From the NCBI GenBank assembly GCA_964057225.1, contig OZ059895.1, positions 15,190,001 to 15,254,000 on the forward strand: a stretch of DNA of 64,000 nucleotides, written 5' to 3'. The position numbers were made by a program, and so were the translations under genes. The notes under the pieces are model-generated. The model searched no databases. It was not told where the DNA came from and saw nothing but the letters and a program-made list of their open reading frames with translations. Shown here piece after piece: positions 24,167-39,156 of this stretch (its first letter is position 1; every line of letters begins with the position of its first letter). Origin of the DNA: Auanema rhodensis (Eukaryota; Animalia; Nematoda).

Positions 24167-27100
24167 ATGGGCTGTGGACAATCAAGTGGACGTCCACCTC
24201 CACCAAGTACAGAGCTTAGTAAGTTTCCTATTTGACACAATTGAATTGTTGAAAATTTAGGAAAATTAACAAAAAAAGTGATCAACTGTTTTCTTTTCTT
24301 AATCATTAATGTGTTTTCTTTTGCTGTTCTTTAAACTAATACTTAGCGGGTTTCAGTTCTTTTCTTCATGTTTTACTAACGAGAACAAATTGAATAACAA
24401 CAGATATTAAACTATTTGAAATTTCTAATTAATATTATTGTCTTTCATGTGTTGTATACAAAAATAAAATTTTGTAGAAAAACGTTCAGTTCGACGAGCG
24501 GCTAGTCCAGCTGTTGCTAAGGCTCTAAACAACAGTCCACCTCGGACTAAGCGACCTAAATCGCCGCAGGGTCCTCAAATCAGTGAGGATTATACATGTG
24601 TTGATAGCCGTTTCACTAAGCATTTGTCTTCACATCAAAATAACGTTTATTCGCGTTTTGATCAATTTTCATCCACCTGCACTCACCTACACACACACCA
24701 CCACCGCCACCATCATCATCGCAGATTTATTATATTTTTCTTTGAGCTTTCAAAATTCCATGAAAATCAGTGATCATAAGTTACCTTGATGTATTAGCTT
24801 TTGCAGTGTACCAGTTGATCACATGATTTTCTTCTGGTTCAATTAGGAAAAATATGAGCAGCCACATGTCACTAACGGACATCAGCTGTACATTTCATGT
24901 TTTCCATAAAATGCTATCACATATTCGTGTACGTTTGAGAGCCGGAAGGTGCTAACACCACTATTTAGGCCATGAAACACAAATTATAGATTCCAATAAG
25001 TTGAGAAAGAGAGAAAGAGAGAGTTCGAGAGAGGGTAAAAGAATATTTATCTTAGCTTCTTTAATATCAGGTGGTCAACATACATAATTGCGTGTTCACA
25101 GAGGTTTCACTTAACCAGCTAAACATTCATTAAGATCAATTTTTCTTGTTTAGTATCAATCTTGTTAACTGATAAATAGATAAATAGATATATAGACTCC
25201 CTCTTAAAGGGCACATATTACCGTTAAATTAGTTTTTGAACACAAATGTATTTGAAATCATCTGAAAACAAAGCTTTCAGACGTTCATAACTATTGAATT
25301 GATTGAGAGTTCAATCAAGTTTGATAGAACAAACAGAAAAACAAAAGTTTGTTATTGCAATGGAATCCACAGGAAAAGCTAACGACCCTTTGTGATGATA
25401 TTTGAGTTACTGGTTCTGCTACGGATAATTCGGATTAATAGCTCAGCCCAAAAAATAAATATTCTTTGTTCATAAATCATATTACCAGAAGTTATGAATG
25501 AAAAGGGTGAATTAGAATCCTAATGTTTACTGCTAATTATTGAAGTTAAGCTTAAAATTTCCATATTGTATTTTTGGTTGGTAAGGCTTCCAACTAAAGT
25601 TAAGGAATGTTTATTTAGCTTAAGAATAATAATTAGAAATTAATAATACTGAGAACTAATATCCATACTTTCTCAGAACTAATATTCTTACAAATAATAA
25701 TATGTTATATAATTACCGCATTTAGTTGGCCCCGCGCATTACTACAAGCACGCAATCATGCGACCAATTAGTTGCATCACAAAGCTAGGTGTAAACGATG
25801 AAATGAGAGAATAATGCACACTGTAAAATGAAAATTCGCTCAAGACAACTTCACACATTAACTTAAATAGAAACCAGATGTTTTGTTTCATTACAATTCT
25901 GTGTCTATTAATTTATCATTCGTCTTCTTTCTTTTTTTTTTCTTTTTCTCTTCTTCACTTCTTCACAATTAATGTTGTTTCGATGCTATTGTGACGTTGT
26001 ATTCACACGGATTAACACTATTGTGCAACACAAATTTAAATATAAAAGAATAATACCTGAAAAATGCTTTACATATTCAGCTATCAAGTCTGCTATCCTC
26101 ATCCAAAAATGGTATCGACGATGTGAGGCACGTCTTGAAGCACGTCGTAGGGCTACATGGAGTATATTCACAACCTTAGAATATGCTGGTGAACAGGATC
26201 AACTTCAAGTAAACTTACTATTATATATTTCTTAAGATTAGCGAAAGAAAATAAAGAAGTAAACTGTAAAACACGAAAATTAGAATAAATTTAAAAAAAA
26301 AACAACAAAACAGTAAGTGCAACCGATAACACACTACTCAATTTAAAAAATGAACTGTTGTACTTTTGAATATTTTCGTGCCAATAATCTTTTTATTAGC
26401 TCTTTTGTAATAAAAAATCAATAAAAAAATAAACAATTATAATTATTTAAAAGTTGGCGTATTTTATTTATTTAAACTAAAAATAATAAATGTATTTCAG
26501 TTGTATGACTTCTTCAGCGATGTTATCACTGCTATGTCAACTAATGATTCAAAACCAGAGATAAAAAATTCTCCTATTACCAGCGGTTTTTATTTTTTAT
26601 TTCTTAAATCTTACTGTAAATTTTGTTTTTTCAGCTTTACATTCTTACTCAACCAAAAGAGGTAAATGATTCTTAATAATTGTCTAAGGAATTGTTTGAT
26701 TCAGAAGATGAAGAAGAATCGACGAAAAAATTATTGAATGAAACCCAACCGAATCTTTTTCAAATTGAAAAAGGCTATAAAGGACCTACAGTTAGTTTGC
26801 CTTTGGATAAGAATCAAATTGTAAATATGGTAGAAGCTTTTAAATTGAACAAAGTAAGTTTTGTACTTAATTACACTTGAAATCCATGTGTTTCAGGTTA
26901 TGCATCCAAGATATGTTTTAACCATTTTGCATGAAGCTAGAAGAGTTTTAAAATCATTATCATCTATTATTAGGTTATCAACTTCAATATCAAATCAGGT
27001 TTTACCTTATCTTCAGCTTTATCTCAGTTTTTCCCTAACTTTTCCAGATAACCATTTGTGGAGATTTACATGGAAAATTTGATGATCTCTGCATTATTCT

Positions 27101-29134
27101 TTATAAGGTTAATAATGAACTTTGTTATAGAAACTATACAATTTGATTTCAATATCTCATCCGGTTTCGAATGAAATATGCAAATCGTTTAATCATTTAA
27201 AAATCAAACATTCATTTTAGTATAGTAACAAGTATGAATTTCCATTTTTGTACTTATCTTCATCATCACCATCATCATCATTTCAATTAATTTTTATAGA
27301 ATGGATATCCGTCTGTTGACAATCCTTATATATTCAATGGCGATTTTGTGGATCGAGGAGGACAATCTATCGAAGTAAAAAAAAGTTTTTTTCGCTGAAT
27401 TTCACTTTAACTCTCTGTGTTAGGTTATGTGCGTACTGTTTTCACTTATGATTCTCAATCCCAATTCGATTACGTTGAATAGAGGAAATCATGAAGATCA
27501 TATTATGAATCTAAGATATGGATTTATCAAAGAATTAACAACTAAATATAAGGTTAGAAGAAGAGTTTGGTGTTCAAATTGATGTTTTTAAAATTTAGGA
27601 ATATGCAACCCCTATCACTAAACTATTAGAAGACGTCTTCTCATGGTTGCCAATTGCAACCATAATTGATAATGAGATTTTTGTTGTTCACGGCGGTATT
27701 TCGGATACGACAGATATTTCCAAATTAGAACGAATACCGAGAAACAAGGTACGTATTTGGTCTTTTGATTCCTTAAGTATTCGATATCCACAAAATGCAT
27801 TTTCCACTTCAGTATCACTCTGTATTGCGACCTCCAATCGTAAAAGATGATGGAAAGAACGGAGTTAATGTGGATGAATGGAGACAAATGTTAGATATTT
27901 TATGGAGTGATCCTAAACAGAACAAAGGTTTTTAACTATAACAATAACACTTTTTATTTATCTTCAACAATCACATCTCAGGTTGCTGGCCGAATGTTTT
28001 TAGAGGCGGTGGCTCATATTTCGGTGCTGACATATCATCAGCGTTCTTACGAAGGTTTGAACTTGTCATATTTGTTCTTTTCAATATCTAATTACATTAA
28101 GAAATGGTTTCAAAATGATTGTCAGGTCTCACGAATGTAAATTTGAAGGCTATGAATGGTCTCATAATAATATGTAAGCACATTGCGTCATTATCCCAAT
28201 CTACTTCATGTAAAATTTTATTTTCAAGGGTCCTTACAGTATTTTCTGCTTCTAATTATTATGAAGTTGGAAGTAATAGAGGAGCTTATGTTAAATTCAT
28301 CGGAAAAAACAAGCAACCTCACTTTGTACAGTATATGGCAAGTAAGACACATAGGAAGACAACCTCTAGACAAAGGTGTAGCTCTTGTTTTGCAACATAT
28401 TTGTAATTGTTTCTGTTAGGTTGGGTCTGGTAGAAGAATCTGCTATTCGTGAATTGCGAGAAAAACTTAGTTCATTCCATTCTCAATTACAAAAAGCTTA
28501 TGAAAAGGCTGATCATGAATTCAAAGGTTCGTATCGTATTTCCCATGTGTTATTCCTCCCTCTACTTATACAGGTCAACTATCTATTCACATGTGGGCAG
28601 AAACAGTACAAAGAGTCACCGGGTTACAACTTCCTTGGAGATCATTAGCCAATAAACTGGTAACCTTAACACCAGATGGACGACAAGTTCTTTATAATGA
28701 AAATAATACATGTGTTCAAGTAGGAAAGGCTGCTAACGCACAGGTTTGATAGTCATCTTGCCTTATAGTCATGTGACAAAATTTCTTTAGGATAGTGATG
28801 TTGTTGAATCATTGTATCGACATAAGAATACACTGGAAACTCTTTTCCGATTTATGGACAAAGACAATTCTGGTCAGGTGTCTATGCAGGAGTTTATAGA
28901 TGCCATCGAAGTCAGTTTTGCGGGTACTTTTCCTGATACTAATTGCACTTTCAGGTGCTTGGAAAGTACACTAAACGGACTTTCTCTGCAACGTATGTTC
29001 GTCAAATCGCTGAATCAATTGACTTCAATAAGGATGGATTTATCGATTTGAACGAGTTACTAGAAGCATTCCGCATAGTAGATATGGATAATAATCGAGC
29101 ACAGATGTCTCAAATAGCTATTGCCATCAGTTAG
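24167..29134 (+). CDS. pef-1: Ser/Thr protein phosphatase with EF-hands (PPEF/RdgC)
   Basis: N-terminal MGCGQSSG; IQ motif ([16 protein letters not shown]); PPP motifs [33 protein letters not shown]; two C-terminal EF-hands ([26 protein letters not shown]). Confidence 0.95.
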
Positions 29135-29740
29135 GCTGTTCACTGTGCGTAAGCGAAAACAAGCATCCCCCGGTGATCATTCTTGTCTTCATATTCACTT
29201 TTACGAGTGTCGAATCTTATCTTGGTAACAATGTACTGCTAATGTAAACAAATTTTTATCTTTTTTCACTCAAAATGGCTGTTCCAGAAATTTGCTGATT
29301 GTACGTACCCAATTCTTTGTTTCCCCACACATGTACAACAAAGTTTTTCATGAAAGTTTAATCTTCAACAGTAACAATGACTAAGCGAAAAACAAGTATG
29401 CTCAAGTTATCCGGAGCATACTTACATTTACTATAATACACAACAGTAAGAGGTTATTACTAAAAAAGGAAGAAAAAAAAACAAAAAAAAGAATCATGGA
29501 CAAGATCGTAAAGAGGTGATAGAAATTTGAGCATTCTCTAAAACTTGCACGAAGAAAAAAAATATCTGTAAATACGTAACAAGAAGCAAGGACAACAAAG
29601 TTAAACTTGGAAACATGTCAATGATGATCACGAAAATGAACGAGCTCATGAGATATTCAAAGTGTACAAATGTGACAACGTATTACAACAGAAAAACAAA
29701 ACCAAGTTAGAAAACCTATCATACCCGTACATCACTCGAA

Positions 29741-32700
29741 TTATTTGTTACCATCGTTCTCAACGAAACAACGACCACAATGGATCTCCAATTGTGTCAC
29801 CAAGTTTCGAACGAACTGAGGTAATACCAGTAAACCTAAAATAGTATGAGGAAGTCATGATATCAAACAAAAATATACATACCGACAATTTTTTGATCTT
29901 GATCAGTTCTTACTCTGATGACCTGCATGCGAGATGCACGTCTATCTTTACCGCTTAGTACATCTTCCACAACGGGCCACACAGAAAGTACCTGAATTTA
30001 TGAGCGTCAACATAAGTAAAATACAAAATATCTTACAGATCCAGAAAGAACGAAATACGTTCTAGTTCTTCTTCCAACTTCACAGTAAACTCCATTCTGC
30101 TCATTTCTACATTTGCCATGAACGAAGCTGTGTTGGCACATCTGATTAGATCCTTAACAAAAATTTCTTAGCTAATATTCTCACACTAAAGAGACATACC
30201 ATCGTATTGGTCTAACCAAACTTGCTTTGCTTCCTCGGGAGTAACCTTTGTAAAACGTTTATTGAGCTCGGAATAAGTTTCCAGCTTTGGTGATCGACCG
30301 GTAGATGGCCTAGTGATAGCATAAAGTCTGGAAAAGGAAAAATGAGCTTAAAACAGATAAGAGTGATTACCTAGCACCAGTTTCTAATCTCTTTTTGCCG
30401 ATTCCGTAAACCAATGAAGCAGTTTTTCTTCCAGAAGAAGTTGATACGTAAAATCCATCCTGAAAACCAAATTCTTCAATTATTTATGATATATAAAGAG
30501 AATCATCACCTCCCCAACATTATGCTCGTGATAAATGGCGAAAGCATCATCCCAACTAACGCCACGTTCAACACCAATTTTATGTATTTCAACACGGAAG
30601 CTACCTTTCTCCATTCTCCCAAGGAACACTCTGGTCTCGAGCTTTCGTACCTGATCTCCACCAGTACCAAGATCTTAAAACCCCCAATCATTCGTAAGAA
30701 TTAGCAATAAGAGATACAAACCCATAATTCCCATATCATACGTTCCATCATGCTTAGCTTGTTTGATCAGCTCACTAACAATATCAGTGAAATAACCAAA
30801 TAGAGCGTTCTGGGCATGAACAGGAAGACCCAAAATCCTGTTCAAAAATTTGGGAATGGTAGCAGCCTCTCTCTCAATAACGTATTGGCCATTATCCAAT
30901 CGAGATAGCAGTCCAACACCTTCCATATATAGACGCATGTCTAATATAAACACAAATGTAAAACAAACATCATAGTAGTTATTACCTGAGAAAAAATCTC
31001 CTGGTTTGTATTCTGGAGCTGGAATAAGAGGAGGAGTGGCAGCTATGACTGTTCGTAACAATACATCCAATGCATATCTACCATACTTATTATCTCTGCA
31101 AATGAATAAAACACTGCACAGAAAACAATTAAAGCACATACAAGTTGAATTGAGAAAGATCTCTAGATTCTGTAGCACGTCGATCTCCATGAGTTAAAGC
31201 TCCCAAAGATTCTAAACGTTTGGCTACAATAGAAGCGAAACGTTTTTCTCCCGCCAACTCAGAAATAAGGAAAATGTATTCAGGTGCGCTCACTTGATTA
31301 GAACGATGGGTTCTTCCTTAAATTAAACAAATGATAAAAATTCCAGAAATAGTAGAATGTTGCATACCGAATTGCTGAATAGCTTTATCGGCAGACCAGG
31401 GTAATTCAAGTGTAATGTGTACTCTTCTACGTTGATTATGAGCACGGCGATCAGACTGAACGTAAAATTAGTCTTTGCAATACACTTCGAACTTACTTGC
31501 AAAGAAATACCACTTGATGCCGCTTCAGAAATCACAGCAACTAATTTCTCTCCTTTCATAAATTTATCTTTCTCATCCATGTTCATCAACTCTAAAGGAA
31601 CATCAGCACCAGCGGAACGTAACTCGTACGCTACTTCACCATCTTCACGAGTAACAACACGACCTTTACGTCCAGTCATCTAAAGTTAAAGCATAACACA
31701 TAGTATTTAAACAAAATATACTCACTTCAGCAACAAATTCAGGTCCACCTAACTCATCAATCAATTGATCAAGAGTATTAGCTGGTAAAGCTGGTCCAAG
31801 TCTTTCGACAGCAGCTAAGAGCTCAGCCTATAACAGTCGTATTCATAATGAATAATAAAAATAAGTAGTACCTTAATCATTTGAGGATTGATATCAGATC
31901 CCATACCACTATCATCAATGATCCGAGATGAACTTAAAAATTGTGTTGCAGTGCTTTTCTAAAAAAAAAAGCTTTTAACCCAGAAAAAATAAAAATAAAA
32001 ATACCATCGCTTGACTGTTAATTTCTCTTTTCTTTGCAGCTACTTTCTTTTCCTTTTCTTTCTCCATTCTTTTTTTTCTTCTCCGTTCTCTACGCCTCTC
32101 TTTTCGGAGAAGAAGTTCTTCCTCTGTCATTGATGGTTTCTTTTCCGGAGAGTCTTCGATAACTTGTTGTTTAGCAGCCCAAGGATCATCTATGAGTGAA
32201 CCACATTTATACGAAAATTAAAAAAAACCTTACCGACAGAAAAATCACAGTTGAATGGGTTGAACTCATCATCATCGGCACTGCTTTTTGCATCATCATC
32301 CCCCTGAAATACTTTTTTAGAATATTAAAATAATGAAGAACTCACGTCTTTGTCAACATCACTATCATCGTTGCCATCCTCGGATCCACTGGATTCAGCT
32401 TCTGCTTTCAGAGCATTCAACCAATCTTCTTCTTTGTCACCTAGACCAATAACAAACTATACAAGCCATAACTTTATCACTGACCTAGATTGACTTCACC
32501 ATCTGTATCACTATCATCGCTGGAACCAGAGCCATCAGAAGAACCCACGGAACGTGAGTCGTCATCATCAGGATTTAAGCGTGCTCGTTTAGCTTCAGGG
32601 GAATCACTAATAGTTGGCCCAAATCCAAGGCCAAGTTCGTCAAGGATATCGAAACCAGCTCTACGTCTGTTCTCTACAAGAAACAGAATACAAAATAAAT

Positions 32701-35700
32701 TAAAATTTTACATACTTCTCCTTTTCGGCTTATCAAAGTCATCGAACATACGGTCAAAGTCACGGAAGACATCCACACATTGCCCCTTTTCAGTAGGAAA
32801 GTGTTTATCAATTAATCCATGCAAAACAGCTCTAAAAATATTGAAAATAGTTAGTGAAGCTGATATGGAACTTACTTTGCCGTTGAGACAAACTCTGTAA
32901 GTTCACCACCTAATTCTTCCAATGTTTCAAGTGTTCGCGACTCTCCCGTGGACTGTAAACCTATCACAGCGCATTTACCATTTTTAAGTGCTTCTTTCGT
33001 AATCTTTACACAAGTTTCGACCTAAAGAAAAAATGTTCAACTGAAGTTATAATCATGTGACATACCTTTGCAGCAATACAAAGATATTTGAAAAATCGCT
33101 GATGACAGGCCCAAAATTGTCCCCACACTTGCTTGCAAGCAGACCGCTCTTCATCGGACATTGTGCTCAACACAAGCTACAAAATGACATATTTAAAAGA
33201 AATTCAATAAAAAGATTACCTGGAATTGGCGTCTGCCTTCCAACCAGAGTTTCACAGAGTCATCATACATTTTAACAAACTCATCGGAAAGAGGAACTTC
33301 CTCGACACGGAAAGATACACCACGGAAAGAAAGTTGACGGGCTAAGTATAATCCACGTTGCTAAATTACAGATCACAAATCATTTATTGAGCATCTAACT
33401 CCAATACCTTCATATCCATAGCTACAATTTCCATTCCACCTACTCCCCTTCTTTCAACAGCGTTAATAAAGTCAGAAAACTCGGGAAATGCCTGTCCTGG
33501 CCCCCATAATCCTATACGTGTCATATAGGCCATATTTCTCGGTTCTTAATATTATGAATATAAGTTGAGACTAATCAGGCATTACTCACCTGTTGCACCA
33601 GTTGCAGATGCATACACAACTCTTGCATTAGGTAAGCACCTTTGAAGATCTAATACAGCTTGACCCGTCTTGGTGGGTTTACCACCAGCAATAGGACACA
33701 AGTTTTTTGCTCTGTGACATTCGTCCAACACGATAACTCCATCATAATCCTATAAGATACATACAGTTGGCCTACATATGTATGAAGTGTAATACGTACC
33801 ACTCCAAACCACTGTATCAACTGTTTCAATCTGCTACGATAATTTGAACCCTCCATTCGTCGTTCACCAATTAGGGAGGAATAAGTTGCAAATATACAGC
33901 CTCTCTTAATGGATCCATTTTCTTTTCCACAAATTTTCGAGTATTTGAGTTTATTTAAAGCATAAATCTGAACAGGCAATTTATTGTGACAGATGATCTA
34001 AACAAAACCTTTATTCTTCCAGCGCCAATATCGCGCAGATCCCTTTCTGAGTCATACTTGAGGTCAGCGGACACGGATAACCATATGGACCGTGTACGAC
34101 CTAACATATAATTCTCATAAATTATACATGCAACCGTTCTGCCCTTTCCAACTCCAGCACCATCACCTAAAAGATCAAGTTCATTATATTAATATATTCT
34201 ACATTATTCAGACCAATCAAGTAGCCACATCTTTCTTGGCTCGGGAGACGCTGTTCATGCGCTTGACAAGCATAGATAACAGCTTCTAGTTGTAAAGCAG
34301 ATATCGCTCCCGTATCAATCAGCTGAAACAGACTGATATCAATAATATAAATACTTTTAATAAAAATTATAAAAGAATTAAAAGAATAAAACGTACATCT
34401 TCCGGAATAGTGCAATGATATTTTACATCTGGTGGTTGCACACTACTTAAAGAAGCAGTTTCAACAACACTATCAGGATGTGCTAATCCCGATCTCAATT
34501 TAGAAGGACGGTACTCCGCATAAGTTTCTGCATAACCCAAATTCTCTTCCTGAACAATCATCTTTTTATTCCAAATTTAAATGAAAAAGATTTAAATTCT
34601 GATGCAGTTTGTCTATTGTTTTTCGAACGGCATTCTCACACTTTTTCACATATGTTGAAAGATTGCACTTAAACAATGCATGGGACAAAGTGAACAAGAA
34701 AAAAAAAGTTAACAAAAGATTGAAAAAAGTCAAGAAACGTTAGAGAAAAAATTTTACCTCATCGTCAATGAGATCTGAACTGTCTTTGGACGCTTGAATA
34801 ACAGAAGTCATTTCATCCTTAGCTCTTTGCAATTTCGAAGGAGGTGCCTTAGGAGGACAATCCTACAAAGAATAATTCACATAAACAAATAAATGAAAAA
34901 TAACTTACTTTTATTGCGGGGCTCGGTGAGTGTACTGCAGAATTGGACCCTGTACTGAACTGTTCACCACCGGCAACTGCACGAGGTGAAGGAGCTGGCC
35001 TAATAGATAGTTCAGGCTTTCTTCTTTCAATGGATAATGATGACAACTGTGGATGAGATCGGCTAATATGAGCTGTCTAAATAATTAAAATGACTAAAAG
35101 GATCAACTTCGATTCACACAACCTGTAGCATATCATTGCTATTAGGAGTAGATTCCCTAAAAACAGTTTTTGGTTCAAATACGGACTCTACGCCATCAGA
35201 CTCATCGAACTATAAAAATTAACTAATGCCAAAAGCGGAAAGAGAAAAAACTAACCATGTTCGGATAAGAAGCCGAATTTGCTGACATGGACATCATCCC
35301 GGAACGTTGAGAATATGCATTTCTCGGCATTGGCTGAACTACATACGAATCTCCACGATTGAAAGTTCTTGATTGCATTGGGGCATAGACTTGAATTGCA
35401 CAGTTAAAGAGACGTGTTTTAGGCTTACATACCTCCATTTGACCGGGGAATAATTTGACTAGTAGGAGCCCGATACACACTAGTACCACGTGGTAATACT
35501 TGTCCAGCCCTTGCTCTTAAAAGCCTAGGATTAGCTCGAGCAGATGGAATAGGAGCTGAAGCCGTGTATTGATGTCCAGTTTCCACGTGTATTTGATTGT
35601 GACTCGTGGCTGTTCTAAACCAACAAATTAACAAAAAATAACATTCACAATGTACCTTGTATAGGTGTTCAATGGTGGAGTACCTACTGTTCCTCTTTTA

Positions 35701-36655
35701 ATTCCTGTAGCACTTCCGCGAGTAACAAGTCGTCTTATTATAGTCCCTCCCCGTCCAACACTCGTAGTGATCATTGAGCCAGGAGGCACTGTTTTTCTAA
35801 CAAACACGGTACCTGAAACAAATTTATGTTACGAAATAAAATGACGCATAATATACCATTTGGTGTATTTTGTCTAACAACTACAACACGAGAAGGTTGA
35901 ACACTTTCCGTTGAAATTGTAGTAGCAACAGCTCTTCCTGCTGTTGCTCCACCACGGCCAACAACTCTGATACTATTCCCATTTGTGGTACGAACTGCAC
36001 GAAATACAGTTTGTCCATCTTCCTAATAAGATCATGAACATGCTTATAAAATAAAATATAAAATATTCTCACTGTTTTAAATGATCTTAATAATTGTGAA
36101 CCACTAGAAGTTTGAACTAGGTTCCTATTTGGTGGACCGAGTACTCTTTCAGCAGGGACAGAAGAAAAATTACTGGTTCTTCAAATTAATAATATAATAT
36201 AATAAAAACTAAAAATCGCACCTGCTGTCAGAGATGGTATTTGTATAGTTCGGATGTTCTATTACTTCTGAGGGTAATATAGGGGCAGATGTTGAATGTG
36301 ATATTCTGTTTCCCGCATTGGAAACTGCGAAAAAAATATAGAAACATAATTGTGAAATACAATACAAACCTTCTGCGGGTGCACCAGTTGATGGTGGTTG
36401 TGATGAAGAAGGGGATCCGTTGGCTTCAATAGAAACTGGGGTAACTGCATTTGAGGGAGTTTCGGCGGGCTCCTCTGTATACGAGGAAGCTTCCGATAAG
36501 TCTTGTTTCAAAGAAGTAGTTCTTGAATAACCATAATATGATATAACTCAAATTAGAATGAAAAAATACCCAGGAGGACCATCTAATGTTGGTTCACTTT
36601 GAAAAAATTCATCTAAACCTGCTTCGCTTAAGGCTACTGACAACAAATCATCCAT
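29741..36655 (-). CDS. let-765: Strawberry notch homolog (SBNO)
   Basis: [96 protein letters not shown]; start [15 protein letters not shown]; >30 exons. Confidence 0.95.
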
Positions 36656-37605
36656 ATACCAGAATGATTGCTAAATTTTCACGAATAAAATTTATAGGAT
36701 TGTTATTTTTAAATATTAAAAACATTTAATATCATTTCTCCAGAACGAACAAAGTTTTATGGAAATTATGGTATATATAATGCATAAATTTTCATGAAGA
36801 AAGCTTAAGTTTTAAAAGTGAAATTAAAAGTGCCCGAGAGAAAAAGAGAGAAAGAGAGAGTGGTTGACCGGTCGGCAGGGCGCGCCTGCTCCATCTGACT
36901 GCGAATAAGCTCCGCCTATTCGCAATTACACGATTTAAGAATTATAAATATATATGCTAAATTTAGAATAAATTACTAGCTATTAATTAGTATTCAATAA
37001 TTTATAATAGTATTAAAAACAACTGTTGCGCACCGCATGTTTGAAAAATCATTACAAAAATGAAATACCGCGTGAAAATCACGTGACGTCAATATATATT
37101 TTTTTTGGAAAAAAATGTCACGTCTGCCGGAAAGAGATAGTAGCTATGTAATTGAAAAAAACTTTTTTTTTAAGTTATAAACACAAGAATATTATAATTA
37201 CTTGTACGGTTATTCTTTTTTCAGATAACAATAGCAACTATTGCCTTTAGTTCGTATTCGGAAAATCCTATTTGAATAAGCAGTCAAACACATGCCCATA
37301 ATAAGCAAGTGAAAAAAGATTTTCGCATCCATGTTATTATGAATTCCAAAACTTGATCTTTCCATATATCCTCTTCATCATTTTATAAATGTATTCCTAT
37401 ATAACATACAAAATGACTGGTTTCTCTGCGCGCGTACGCGTCGCGTGCCTCTTGACGCTACTTAGAAAAAATCTGTTTAATATTTCCTTCCCGCTTATTT
37501 TCTCTATTTTTTTCTGTTTGTAAAGCTTTTTCAGTAATTTTTTAAAGTTTATATAAGTTCTTTTTTATTAGATTCAAGTAATTTGCGGGTGAATCACTTT
37601 AAGTA
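36656..37605. promoter_or_regulatory. Divergent promoter between let-765 and set-1
   Basis: Head-to-head starts ~950 bp apart. GC-rich islands GGCGCGCC (~36879), CTCCGCCT (36910), TCACGTGACGTCA (~37079) and TGCGCGCGTACGCGTCGCGT (37427) in an AT-rich background. Confidence 0.6.
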
Positions 37606-38628
37606 ATGCTTGGTCACGTTGTTGCTCAAAAACGTGGCTGTGGTCGCCGAAAGAAAAGAGCTTCCATGGTGCCTGATGTTCCCAAGGAGGGAAGCACTCC
37701 ATCTCGTAAAACGTTAGTTTCTTTTCTGATGATATATTTGCTTTTTCTTCCTTTTCCGTAATGTTTGTTCGGAAACTATTCAATACGTCAGTACTATTGC
37801 ATTACGAGAACTCTGAATTTGCATGATCCTTATGTTTTGTTCATATGTTCGTTCTCTGTTTTTAATACGTTTCCTATACAGAAGGAAAGCAGTACAAGAT
37901 GTTTCTAATCATAAAATTACTGAGTATTTTCCCGTGAGACGTAGTTGTAGAAAAACTGGAAAAAAAATAGAGGTATCTCCCAAATTGATTAAAGATCTAT
38001 TTGTTTTCTATTTTTAGGAAGAGGAGAGAGATTCTCTGCGTGAAGCCATTTATAAATGTACAAATGAGGATCTTCTCCAGATTTACACTGATCCTGTTAA
38101 AGGGCGAGGAATTAAAGCTGCTCGCAATTTCCTAAAGAATGAGTTTGTTGTTGAATATAAAGGTACCAAGAGTTATCATGATTGAACTTACGTTTATATT
38201 TTTAGGAGACATGATGGAGTACTCCGCCGCCAAAGTTCGTGAGCAGGAATATTCTAAAGATCCAAACATTGGTAAACCAGACATGTAAACTTTATTTACG
38301 ATATGTTCTCTTTTTTAGGGTCTTATATGTATTTCTTCACTTATAAAGATAAGAGATGGTGCATTGATGCTACCAAAGAAAGTAAATACAAAGGACGTTT
38401 AATTAATCATAGTTATCTTAGACCAAATTTGCGAACTAAGGTCAGTTAAAGAAGTTAATCCTATAATTTTTCATTAACATACATTTCAAGGTTGTTGATT
38501 TCAATGGTGTTCATCACCTTATACTCGTGGCAAAGCGAGATATTCTTGAAGACGAAGAACTACTTTATGACTATGGTGATCGTTCACCCGAAACTATCTC
38601 CAAGAATCCATGGTTGATGACGACTTAA
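37606..38628 (+). CDS. set-1: H4K20 monomethyltransferase PR-Set7/SETD8
   Basis: KGRGIKA, EFVVEYKGD, GSYMYFF, WCIDATKE, GRLINHS, EELLYDYGDRS..NPWL; upstream NHKITEYFPVRRS PIP-degron-like motif. Confidence 0.95.
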
Positions 38629-39156
38629 GATTCCCCATTGAACCCTAATCGGTCTCACTATCACAATGTACTATATTCTTTCTAATGTTATTATGGCTTA
38701 TCAAATAGGATGGGTTAATATATATATATATACATAGCTCTCAGTATATCCAAATGTACCTTACCTAACCTAATTATTGCCTTCTGTTATTATATTTAAT
38801 CCAGTGCAATCTTCACTCATTCAATTATTTAATATTCCTTAGCACGTAGCGCTGTAGTTTAAGTTTAAACTGAAAGTTAATTTTTGCTTCTATGATCCTC
38901 GATTGTAAGTTGATGATGATGATGATATGCAATCTTTCTGACCTCATATATTCAATGTATCATACGATCTCGACCATTTTGATGAATTTTTAATTTCAAT
39001 CTTTTCTTTCATTGTGCTGCGAATTATCTATACTCAGGAAAGCAAATAAAGATTTGAAGTTTAAACAACTTACGTTGGGAACGTTTCATCGTTAACTAAT
39101 ATCCATAGCAGAAAAGGAGCTGTGTTGGCATTACATTTTTTCTATTCAGGGCTTAT

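Noticed and set aside
25203-25220. TTAAAGGGCACA resembling a nematode MITE terminus
   Set aside because: No matching inverted end found nearby.
37726-37816. TGATGA...CTGA in set-1 intron 1 as a C/D snoRNA
   Set aside because: No terminal stem, no clear C'/D' boxes, and no rRNA complement that I could recognise.
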